DNA from: a virus
IMG/VR virus record: IMGVR_UViG_3300042290_000544
Length of the DNA stretch: 64,000 nt
Direction: 5' to 3' (one strand)
This document shows, piece by piece, positions 1-6,530 of the stretch. The position numbers and the translations under genes were made by a program. The notes beneath the pieces are model-generated. The model searched no databases. It saw only the letters and a program-made list of their open reading frames with translations, and had not been told where the DNA came from. Within the stretch, counting starts at the first letter, position 1. Every line of letters starts with the position of its first letter.

Positions 1-31
1 ATGAATTTATTTTTTCATTGGGTCCTTTAAG

Positions 32-107
32 TGGTGGACCAGACAGGGATCGAACCTGCGACCGTCTGCTTGCAAAGCAGCCTCTCTACCAACTGAGATA
101 CTAGCCC
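32..107 (-). tRNA. trnA: tRNA-Ala(TGC)
   Basis: Cloverleaf GGGCTAG...CTGGTCC-A-CCA, anticodon loop TT-TGC-AA. Confidence 0.95.
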
Positions 108-114
108 GAATTAA

Positions 115-780
115 TTAGAACTTGAGGGTAACAGCCGAACGGAGACCAACCGTGGTCTTATCGAGATTGCCGTCCTGGAGGACAACAAAACCGGCTGATA
201 GGACCTTCCATGAAGCATCAAGTGAACCGCCGTAGTAGGCATTGGTGTATTTGATTTCCTTGACGGTGCGTGGGAAAACATCATTTGCGTCGGTATAACC
301 AGCAAATACTGTACCCGTGAGACCGAAGTCGCCAGCAAACTTGGCAGTTTGTGCAAACTTAGCTTCAACATTGGAGAGGTCGGATTCAACATCATAGCGT
401 CCGGTAACGGTCACTGGACCCTTACCAACGGTAACGAATGGACGGAAGTGTCCATTTGAATCCTTACCCGGACGATTCTTCATTGCATACTCGGTACCAA
501 CTTTTACGTCGGCAAGAGTTGAGACGAATGTATAACCGCCAAGGAATTTGAACTGGTAGAAATCGACAGAATCAATACCATTGAGATGGGTATCTGCCGA
601 TGCTCCGACATTGAAACTGCCGATTGAGTAGTCGACTGCGGTAACAGCCGAACCCTTCGTATCAGTGACTTTGCCGAAGTCAATTCCTTTTTCTTGGTAT
701 CCAACCGAAACCGTGCCGCCAGCAAAGGCAGACGCAACAGCAAGAACCGAGATGAGTGTGAGTTTGATTAGTTTATTCAT
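115..780 (-). CDS. Outer-membrane beta-barrel protein (porin-like) with signal peptide
   Basis: Signal peptide ending AFA, alternating beta-strand pattern, C-terminal ...TLKF; TATAAATA directly upstream. Confidence 0.75.
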   Translation of the reverse strand: MNKLIKLTLISVLAVASAFAGGTVSVGYQEKGIDFGKVTDTKGSAVTAVDYSIGSFNVGASADTHLNGIDSVDFYQFKFLGGYTFVSTLADVKVGTEYAMKNRPGKDSNGHFRPFVTVGKGPVTVTGRYDVESDLSNVEAKFAQTAKFAGDFGLTGTVFAGYTDANDVFPRTVKEIKYTNAYYGGSLDASWKVLSAGFVVLQDGNLDKTTVGLRSAVTLKF

Positions 781-787
781 ACGTTAT

Positions 788-795
788 TATTTATA
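788..795 (-). promoter_or_regulatory. T4-type late promoter TATAAATA
   Basis: Exact gp55 consensus just upstream of the beta-barrel ATG. Confidence 0.7.
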
Positions 796-809
796 TTTCC
801 TATCCAAAG

Positions 810-904
810 TGGACCGCGTGTAGGGCTCGAACCTACATCTTCAGTTTCGTTCAGGGTGTACTTGACCTGTAACACTGAAATCTTATCCTTTAGACGAACG
901 CGGT
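810..904 (-). ncRNA. tRNA-like RNA with ~21-nt insertion in the anticodon loop (Arg-TCG-like if removed)
   Basis: Acceptor ACCGCGT/ACGCGGT+CCA, D arm, T arm GTAGG-TTCGAGC-CCTAC; stem TCAGT/ACTGA encloses 28 nt. Confidence 0.75.
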
Positions 905-1077
905 TTATGCTTTACTTTGCCGTATTCCATAGCCTCATATTCGATCAATAATAGATCACATCCGATTCGCTACTTAGCCGATGGACTTTATTTAAAGACC
1001 GCGGATACGCATAATATCCGCGTGAGGTTCAGTACCTGGAATCTTTTGAGAATGACTGTAAAAGAACTATGATAGAA

Positions 1078-1110
1078 CTATATCTCAACGCCGTCAAAAG
1101 TAAACAACAA
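1078..1110 (-). promoter_or_regulatory. T4-type early promoter
   Basis: GTTTAC-N17-TATAGT followed by a boxA-like GTTCTTTTA. Confidence 0.65.
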
Positions 1111-1113
1111 AGT

Positions 1114-1350
1114 TCACTTTTTCTGCAATTCAATAAGTCTATCTAAAATGTAAAGAGCCATTTGAAAGTTTCCACAGTCAATGGCCGCAATTAGTTCTTT
1201 TTTCAAATTCCACGCCTTTTCAGCATCGGTCCACGCATCCATGCTATATGCAAGAGAGTTTGGCGTCAATGGAGAGTTTCTCGCATACGCATTGGCAACC
1301 GTCTTCATGGACGGATTCATTGCCATTGGTTGTATCGGTGCTATCTCCAT
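1114..1350 (-). CDS. Hypothetical protein (78 aa)
   Basis: ORF between tRNAs; AATAAATA upstream; contains a TVANAY motif like those in the putative internal proteins. Confidence 0.55.
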   Translation of the reverse strand: MEIAPIQPMAMNPSMKTVANAYARNSPLTPNSLAYSMDAWTDAEKAWNLKKELIAAIDCGNFQMALYILDRLIELQKK

Positions 1351-1382
1351 CTATCTATTTATTATTTTGTAACATTTAGAAG

Positions 1383-1459
1383 TGGTGCTCATTGTAGGAC
1401 TCGAACCTACGACCCTCTCGGTGTAAGCGAGATGCTCTAACCAACTGAGCTAAACGAGC
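1383..1459 (-). tRNA. trnV: tRNA-Val(TAC)
   Basis: Cloverleaf, loop CT-TAC-AC, CCA end. Confidence 0.95.
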
Positions 1460-1463
1460 AAAA

Positions 1464-1541
1464 TGGTTCACTATGGAACTGGAAGCCGTGTTCCTCCTTT
1501 TTGCCGGCATGGCAAACTGCTCTCCGTTGAGCTATTAGTGA
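1464..1541 (-). ncRNA. Degenerate tRNA-like RNA with CCA end
   Basis: TCACTA/TAGTGA acceptor + ACCA and normal D arm; abnormal anticodon loop (CATGCCG) and 10-nt T loop. Confidence 0.6.
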
Positions 1542-1544
1542 AAA

Positions 1545-1915
1545 TGGTGGACCTGAGGGGAGTTGAACCCCTGTGTTCAATAATTTTTCCGATAATTTTC
1601 TACAAGCTTAGTACTACTTAACTGTCGCCATGATACCGTAATACTGTATCATGATTGTTTTGGTGAGGATACACATCTTGTACACCACTTCAAGACGGTC
1701 TCGCTTTTTATGACGAGTGTAACACTTAGCGAGAATCTGTGTTATCTACTCGATCACAGTTTTTAGGCTGCGAGTGGCATTTCTTCGGCGAAACCGAAGA
1801 AATTGCTGAGGGCTTTATTAATGCCGTTTAACTTTTTACCAGTTTTTAAAAGGTATCCGGAGAACCTTGCTTGCTTACTATAAGTCTATTACTGAGTCGA
1901 ATCCAGTACAGGCCC
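1545..1915 (-). ncRNA. ssrA: tmRNA; tag (A)GINKALSNFFGFAEEMPLAA* at 1763-1825
   Basis: 5' GGGCCTG-TACTGGATTCGAC with G3:U; 3' T arm + CAGGTCCACCA; tag ORF ends in LAA. Confidence 0.93.
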
Positions 1916-1936
1916 ATAAATTTAAAAGAACGAAAT

Positions 1937-2010
1937 TGGATGCTGGGGATGGAATTGAACCATCAGCTCCGCGTTATGAGCGCGACGAGTTACCGTTACT
2001 CTACCCGGCA
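1937..2010 (-). tRNA. trnM: tRNA-Met(CAT)
   Basis: Loop CT-CAT-AA, CCA end; one acceptor mismatch. Confidence 0.85.
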
Positions 2011-2021
2011 GGAAAATGAAT

Positions 2022-2266
2022 TTGGGAGGATTAATGATTACCTCCATCGTCCTAGTGTTTTCAGTTATTCAGTCATATGGTGCCGTCGCACCTTAATAGT
2101 CCGCTTGTCATTGTATTTCATGCTTACAAGACTATACCTCTGGTTGCTTAGGTTGGCCGACCCAAGTTTTCAGCGTAGTACCTTACCTACTTACACATTG
2201 TAGAACTGAGTGATGTTCTTCACACCACCCATGCGTTAGCCCCATTAGAAAGGCTTATTCCGCCAC
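2022..2266 (-). ncRNA. Putative ~245-nt structured ncRNA of unknown family
   Basis: No credible ORF; multiple hairpins; ends in GGAGG-TAATCATTAAT-CCTCC; preceded by a boxA-like site. Confidence 0.5.
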
Positions 2267-2292
2267 AAAAATTAAAAAAGAACAAAAATTAG

Positions 2293-2427
2293 TGGGACCG
2301 TGGATTAATGCCACGCACCGGTCTGTCCCGTAACCTGCTGGTAGAACTTGTATCCAGCCAAGGCATTGGTTTAAAGAGTGACAATGCTTCCTCTCCAGGG
2401 TGTCGGGCAGTTTAAGTGCACCGACAA
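2293..2427 (-). ncRNA. Run of GC-rich hairpins (putative small RNAs)
   Basis: GTCGG..CTTAAAC..CCGAC; GCATTG..CTCTTTAAAC..CAATGC; GCTGG/CCAGC; GGGAC..GTCCC. Confidence 0.4.
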
Positions 2428-2431
2428 AATT

Positions 2432-2554
2432 TCTCTCATTCCGGCAACGTCAGCATACAGTCCCGACCAGTGCCTATTCCACTATTATCGAGATTCTACA
2501 ACTGTTGCAGACCGTGGTGACAATAGGTTCGTGAAACCAGTTGCAGAATGAGAG
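2432..2554 (-). ncRNA. Rod-shaped RNA with central bubble (~123 nt)
   Basis: CTCTCATTC-TGCAAC pairs with GTTGC-CG-GAATGAGAG; inner CCTATT/AATAGG and TCTGCAA/TTGTAGA stems. Confidence 0.55.
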
Positions 2555-2643
2555 TCCAAGGAGATCAAGCCTTGGAAAGTTTTTAGAAAGAACAAAACCG
2601 AATTGTAACGAGTGAGCCTCTATTCGTGGCTTTATATAAAAAG

Positions 2644-2817
2644 TCAAGATTTAAAGAATGCCGTTAGTAAAGTTCCGAAAAAGCAAACAACATTACCAAC
2701 AAGCAAAGAGATAGAATATTTGTTCCAGCTCCGCATAAAGCCTGGGCGGTCCACGATGACTTTCCAGAAGGTGAATAACCAACCAGCGAAGAACAACAAA
2801 GTTAATATTAGTTTCAT
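2644..2817 (-). CDS. Small two-helix membrane protein (57 aa, MKLILTLLFFAGWLFTFW...)
   Basis: Hand-translated ORF below the track cutoff; two hydrophobic segments. Confidence 0.6.
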   Translation of the reverse strand: MKLILTLLFFAGWLFTFWKVIVDRPGFMRSWNKYSISLLVGNVVCFFGTLLTAFFKS

Positions 2818-2861
2818 AAAAGTAATAGTGAAGGGAATTTATAAAGAAAGTCAAGAAAAAA

Positions 2862-2934
2862 TGTCCACGGAGTCGAACCGTTTTTCACATAATATGATTA
2901 TGGGCCACCACCTTCTAGCTAGAAAGGCTGGACA
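2862..2934 (-). ncRNA. Degenerate tRNA-like element
   Basis: TGTCCA/TGGACA closing stem, T arm ACGG-TTCGACT-CCGT, CATAA-TCATA-TTATG arm; no CCA. Confidence 0.5.
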
Positions 2935-2942
2935 AAAATGAA

Positions 2943-3040
2943 TCAAGTAGATGTTCGGTGTATTTGTCAATTTCCGCACCGTAGCCAATCAGCCCTAGAC
3001 ATATTAGGCGATTATTTTCATTAAACGGGTATCTACTTGA
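2943..3040 (-). ncRNA. End-paired structured RNA (~98 nt)
   Basis: 10-bp closing stem TCAAGTAGAT/ATCTACTTGA plus internal hairpins. Confidence 0.5.
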
Positions 3041-3047
3041 AATTGAA

Positions 3048-3114
3048 TCAGTGGTGAAGTTGCAGCAATTTATCTTCACTTTACATATACCTGCTTGGAT
3101 AGTATCCTCACTGA
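3048..3114 (-). ncRNA. End-paired structured RNA (~67 nt)
   Basis: TCAGTG/CACTGA closing stem, inner GTGAAG/CTTCAC. Confidence 0.4.
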
Positions 3115-3123
3115 AAATTAGAT

Positions 3124-3238
3124 AGAATCGTATAGGCCGTGAAGATTTCAAGAGTCTTTGGGTCTTGCCATCCGTCGCACCCTGCGAAGTCCAATTAGGC
3201 CGAAAGAGCGGCATTTTTGTAACCTCTGATACGATTCT
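3124..3238 (-). ncRNA. End-paired structured RNA (~115 nt)
   Basis: 10-bp closing stem AGAATCGTAT/ATACGATTCT; directly after a boxA-like site. Confidence 0.5.
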
Positions 3239-3243
3239 AAAAG

Positions 3244-3255
3244 TTTTTAAAGAAC
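3244..3255 (-). promoter_or_regulatory. boxA-like antitermination site GTTCTTTAAAAA (one of ~9 in the RNA island)
   Basis: Matches rrn boxA consensus GYTCTTTAA; similar sites near 1060, 1925, 2275, 2585, 3430, 3585, 3675 and 7720. Confidence 0.55.
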
Positions 3256-3342
3256 AAAAATTGGTGGACTTTATCGTTGCCCGACGACGGTGGATTTATA
3301 CCACAGGCTCCGTACTGATTACCGTTTGCCATTTTTTCAAAT

Positions 3343-3419
3343 TGGTGCCTCCTCCGAGATTCGAACTCGGAACCCACTGATTAAAAGTCAGCAGCTCTGA
3401 ACCGTTGAGCTAAGGAGGC
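3343..3419 (-). tRNA. trnK: tRNA-Lys(TTT)
   Basis: Loop CT-TTT-AA, CCA end. Confidence 0.95.
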
Positions 3420-3454
3420 GTAAATTGTAAATGAACGAAATTAATTATGGTACA

Positions 3455-3490
3455 ATCATACACATATTCATTTAAAAGTAAACAACAAAA
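3455..3490 (-). promoter_or_regulatory. T4-type early promoter
   Basis: GTTTAC-N17-TATGAT with TG extension. Confidence 0.7.
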
Positions 3491-3566
3491 TGGTGCCCCC
3501 GAGGGAATTCGAATCCCTGTATGCACCGTGAAAGGGTGATGTCCTAGGCCACTAGACGACGGGGGC
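3491..3566 (-). tRNA. trnE: tRNA-Glu(TTC)
   Basis: Loop CT-TTC-AC, CCA end. Confidence 0.95.
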
Positions 3567-3595
3567 AATAAAAATGTGTTTTAAAAGAACAAAAG

Positions 3596-3670
3596 TGGTG
3601 CCCCGAGAGGGAATCGAACCCCCATTAACCGCTTAGAAGGCGGTGGTCCTATCCGTTGAACGACCGAGGC
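3596..3670 (-). tRNA. trnR: tRNA-Arg(TCT)
   Basis: Loop CT-TCT-AA, CCA end. Confidence 0.95.
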
Positions 3671-3724
3671 ATTAAAAAGAACTAAAACCGAGACACTTGA
3701 AGTGTTGCTCAATTTCATAATACA

Positions 3725-3800
3725 ATCATACATCAATGTCGGTCAAAGTAAAACAAATAATGCAACTTCGACTGTGTTTAAGTTGTTGATGGTCAACAAC
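3725..3800 (-). promoter_or_regulatory. Early promoter with upstream palindrome
   Basis: TTTTAC-N17-TATGAT preceded by GTTGTTGA-CCA-TCAACAAC. Confidence 0.6.
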
Positions 3801-3808
3801 CGCACAAA

Positions 3809-4303
3809 TTAATGGATAATGACTCTACATTTTTTTGAGGAATCTGATTTTAGAAGTGTGTCCCAGGACTTTCTCCAGCGTTTGTAATTCGTGGGGCAAA
3901 AGCTACCCTCTGGAATTTTCTGGTGGGTATCAGATTCAACACTATCCTTCTTCATGGAATCAAACCCCCACATATGAATCTCCGTGTAACCGTTCTGCAT
4001 TAACCAGAACACTCCACGATGCCCAGTGGATTCACCAGCCCTCAGTTGATGATGCATTACATCTCGAATCTCGGGAGCCGGATTGCATTGAGTCGCAATC
4101 TTTTTAATTGCATTCGGGATGATGACGGGAAAATTCAACTTCAGTTTATTGTTATGGATGTGGTTGATCACCACCTTGTCCATAATGAAGGTCGCCTTGA
4201 GCGGCAACGCAGGGTCCGACAGGTTACATCCAAAGATGTCACCCTGAGGCGTATTGATAAAATCCTTTCGAGAAGGACCGTTTCCGAGAATATGTGCAAT
4301 CAT
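3809..4303 (-). CDS. Rossmann-like protein of the sialyltransferase/MptE-like group (GNGPS motif)
   Basis: N-terminal ILGNGPSR; STG...IHMWGFD motifs. Confidence 0.6.
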   Translation of the reverse strand: MIAHILGNGPSRKDFINTPQGDIFGCNLSDPALPLKATFIMDKVVINHIHNNKLKLNFPVIIPNAIKKIATQCNPAPEIRDVMHHQLRAGESTGHRGVFWLMQNGYTEIHMWGFDSMKKDSVESDTHQKIPEGSFCPTNYKRWRKSWDTLLKSDSSKKCRVIIH

Positions 4304-4307
4304 AGAG

Positions 4308-4382
4308 TGGAGCGGAAGAAGGGACTCGAACCCTCAACATCTTCGTTGGCAACGAAGTGCTCGACCATTGAGCTACTTCCGC
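4308..4382 (-). tRNA. trnG: tRNA-Gly(GCC)
   Basis: Loop TT-GCC-AA, U73, CCA. Confidence 0.95.
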
Positions 4383-4394
4383 AAATTGTTTAAG

Positions 4395-4470
4395 TGGAGC
4401 TTCCAATCAGGGTTGAACTGATGACCTCGTCCTTACCAAGAACGTGCTCTACCAGCTGAGCTATGGAAGC
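4395..4470 (-). tRNA. trnT: tRNA-Thr(GGT)
   Basis: Loop TT-GGT-AA, CCA. Confidence 0.95.
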
Positions 4471-4495
4471 GTTTGGTATATGTATACATGATAAA

Positions 4496-4572
4496 TGGTG
4501 CCTCAGGTGGGAGTCGAACCCACAAAATTTAGATTCTAAATCTAACACGTATGCCAATTCCGTCACCGAGGC
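4496..4572 (-). tRNA. trnL: tRNA-Leu(TAG), short variable loop
   Basis: Loop TT-TAG-AA, CCA. Confidence 0.9.
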
Positions 4573-4580
4573 TAAAAAAG

Positions 4581-4657
4581 TGGTGCTCGGAGAGAGATTC
4601 GAACTCTCAGCAGCTACTCCCTCAAAGTAGTGTGTTTACCAATTTCACCATCCGAGC
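4581..4657 (-). tRNA. trnL: tRNA-Leu(GAG), short variable loop
   Basis: Loop TT-GAG-GG, CCA. Confidence 0.9.
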
Positions 4658-4668
4658 AAAAAGTTATA

Positions 4669-4746
4669 TGGTACCCACGGTGGGAGTCGAACCCACAGTT
4701 GAACAGATTTTAAGTCTGTTGTGTCTACCAATTCCACCACGAGGGC
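4669..4746 (-). tRNA. trnL: tRNA-Leu(TAA), short variable loop
   Basis: Loop CT-TAA-AA, CCA. Confidence 0.9.
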
Positions 4747-4757
4747 ATAACATAAAA

Positions 4758-4831
4758 TGGCTCCCCAACTAGGGTTCGAACCTAGACTAGGTGAGTCAAA
4801 GTCACCTGTGCTACCATTACACAATCGGGGA
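4758..4831 (-). tRNA. trnQ: tRNA-Gln(TTG)
   Basis: Loop CT-TTG-AC, G73, CCA. Confidence 0.95.
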
Positions 4832-4835
4832 AAAG

Positions 4836-4912
4836 TGGTGGACCCGGTGGGATTTTAACCCACGATCTAGGGATTATGAGTCCCTTGCTTTAGGACGCTA
4901 AGCTACAAGTCC
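4836..4912 (-). tRNA. tRNA with CAT anticodon, probably Ile2 (lysidine type)
   Basis: Loop CT-CAT-AA; GGAC acceptor and body resemble Ile2; T loop TTAAAAT. Confidence 0.8.
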
Positions 4913-4919
4913 TCGAAAT

Positions 4920-4994
4920 TGGCTGGCAAAGTAGGACTCGAACCTACAACCCTCGCATTAACAGTGCGATGCTCTGCCATTGAGCTATATGCCA
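4920..4994 (-). tRNA. trnN: tRNA-Asn(GTT)
   Basis: Loop CT-GTT-AA, G73, CCA. Confidence 0.95.
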
Positions 4995-4998
4995 AAAG

Positions 4999-5076
4999 TG
5001 GTCCGAGCGGCGGGATTTGAACCCACAGTCTTCTGCTCCCAAAGCAGACGCGATAGCCAAGTTACGCTACGCTCGG
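4999..5076 (-). tRNA. trnP: tRNA-Pro(TGG)
   Basis: Loop TT-TGG-GA, CCA. Confidence 0.95.
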
Positions 5077-5083
5077 ATGAAAT

Positions 5084-5161
5084 TGGTGGTGCCGGAGGGA
5101 GTTGAACCCTCACGCTATTCCGGGTAAGAACCGGATGCCCGTCCACTGTGGCTTCAGCACC
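5084..5161 (-). tRNA. trnK: tRNA-Lys(CTT), atypical D arm
   Basis: TCCGG-TT-CTT-AC-CCGGA, CCA; A at position 8. Confidence 0.8.
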
Positions 5162-5171
5162 GAAAATAATT

Positions 5172-5255
5172 AACGTCCGACCGATGGGTTTGCACCACGA
5201 GAGGTTCCTGAGTCAACTGTACCTCTTTGCTATCGACTTTAACGTATCGGACGTT
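5172..5255 (-). ncRNA. tRNA-sized end-paired RNA with T-loop-like hairpin
   Basis: AACGTCCGA/TCGGACGTT closing stem, GAGGT/ACCTC arm, TGG-TGCAAAC-CCA. Confidence 0.55.
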
Positions 5256-5283
5256 TAATTCCGGTAATTAATCGGAATCAAAA

Positions 5284-5361
5284 TGGCGGGATGGACGGGA
5301 CTCGAACCCGCGACCTTCTGCGTGACAGGCAGACGCTCTAAACCAGCTGAGCTACCACCCC
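5284..5361 (-). tRNA. trnD: tRNA-Asp(GTC)
   Basis: Loop CT-GTC-AC, G73, CCA. Confidence 0.95.
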
Positions 5362-5507
5362 TAAAGTTTCACACAGCCATTATTGTCATTGATATAAATC
5401 GAGAGGACTACTGTGTATGTTAAATTATTTGAATAGATGTAGCTTTGCTTTATATGACTACACTCCAGCGAGTTTCTTATTTACGCATAAGCTCCAACAC
5501 GTTTAAT

Positions 5508-5828
5508 GTTTCCCAATAAACGTACTGTTATGAACTCAGAGGCTTTTCGTTACTTCCATGTTTTTCCGCTGACGGTTAGACCCCGTGCTCGTACCGAAGA
5601 TGGAAACAATCTTCTACATTCCGAGCTGCTATTCAAAATTGGATCCTTCTGCCATACAAGTCTTCCAGAACATTTCCAGAAGATGAATGCACTTGTATGC
5701 GTTACACTCTTAAACCCCCTAAAGGAACGCAACCTTTTACACAGGTATAAGATTGCCCAGTTTCTTAGCAACATGGAGCTTTACCTTAGCGCCGGCGAAT
5801 GTAACGGTCTGCATAAACACAGAAGAAA
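5508..5828 (-). ncRNA. Putative ~320-nt multi-domain structured RNA
   Basis: Long-range pairs CGTTAC/GTAACG and TCCATGTT/AACATGGA; inner CATACAAGT/ACTTGTATG, GCTCG/CGAGC; no credible ORF. Confidence 0.55.
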
Positions 5829-5832
5829 TTAA

Positions 5833-5899
5833 TTTGATAGTTGATTCCGTACCCAAGACTATTAAAGCTGTCCTCATTAAGGGTGTGCTAACTATCAAA
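5833..5899 (-). ncRNA. End-paired structured RNA (~67 nt)
   Basis: TTTGATAGTT/AACTATCAAA closing stem. Confidence 0.45.
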
Positions 5900-5901
5900 A
5901 T

Positions 5902-6013
5902 TGGATTGCGGGCTGGACTCGATACCAGCTGACAGCGCCAAATATCCGCGACTTAGCGGGGTCCCTTGCTGCCGTGGACTCGGAAGGCTGCGTGTCCTTC
6001 CACGCCGCCGCAA
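5902..6013 (-). ncRNA. tRNA mimic with anticodon arm replaced by a ~55-nt branched domain
   Basis: TTGCGG/CCGCAA-T-CCA, D-like arm GCGTG-GAAGGA-CACGC, T arm GCTGG-TATCGAGT-CCAGC. Confidence 0.75.
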
Positions 6014-6019
6014 ATTGAA

Positions 6020-6079
6020 TGCGATTGTGACCGCTTATCAGGTCACTACAAGCGTGGAGACTAAGATCCCTCTATCGCA
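6020..6079 (-). ncRNA. Three-way-junction small RNA (~60 nt)
   Basis: TGCGAT/ATCGCA closing stem; GTGACC-TGATAAGC-GGTCAC hairpin. Confidence 0.45.
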
Positions 6080-6082
6080 AAT

Positions 6083-6157
6083 TGGCACGGACGGAGGGAA
6101 TCGCACCCTCATAAGGCAGTTTTGGAGACTGCTGCACTACTAATGTACCACGTCCGT
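6083..6157 (-). tRNA. trnW: tRNA-Trp(CCA)
   Basis: Loop CT-CCA-AA, G73, CCA. Confidence 0.9.
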
Positions 6158-6166
6158 AAAAATAAA

Positions 6167-6244
6167 TGGGGCGATCAACGGGGCTTGAACCCGTAACCCC
6201 GAAAATCACAATCTCGTGCTCTGGCCAATTGAGCTATGATCGCC
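6167..6244 (-). tRNA. trnH: tRNA-His(GTG)
   Basis: Loop TT-GTG-AT, encoded G-1:C73, CCA. Confidence 0.93.
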
Positions 6245-6249
6245 GTAAA

Positions 6250-6326
6250 TGGAGCGCCAGACAGGACTCGAACCTGCATGTAACTGTTTTGCAAACAGAA
6301 GTTTAGCCTTTCAACAACACTGGCGC
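6250..6326 (-). tRNA. trnC: tRNA-Cys(GCA)
   Basis: Loop TT-GCA-AA, U73, CCA; weak D stem. Confidence 0.85.
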
Positions 6327-6332
6327 CTAAAA

Positions 6333-6408
6333 TGGTAGTAGCGGTGGGAATTGAACCCACATAAAAGAGCTTATGAAACTCTTGCCTTGACCAATCGACC
6401 TCGCTACT
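6333..6408 (-). tRNA. trnM: tRNA-Met(CAT)
   Basis: Loop TT-CAT-AA, CCA. Confidence 0.85.
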
Positions 6409-6417
6409 GTAAATTAA

Positions 6418-6528
6418 TTATTCGGTCGGAACTTCAATCGAAGGTCTTATCGACCCGCGCGGCTCACTAGGCCGTCCTACGTCGTTAAGTGTGTACGACA
6501 ACACGGACTTTTACCGTTAACCGAATAA
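6418..6528 (-). ncRNA. End-paired multibranch RNA (~111 nt)
   Basis: TTATTCGGT/ACCGAATAA closing stem; GTCGT/ACGAC, CGGC/GCCG, GGTC/GACC hairpins. Confidence 0.55.
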
Positions 6529-6530
6529 AT

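Noticed and set aside
2731-2770. Faint resemblance to RNase P RNA motifs
   Set aside because: Incomplete, wrongly spaced and inside a credible membrane-protein ORF; no GAGGAAAGTCC core found in the island.
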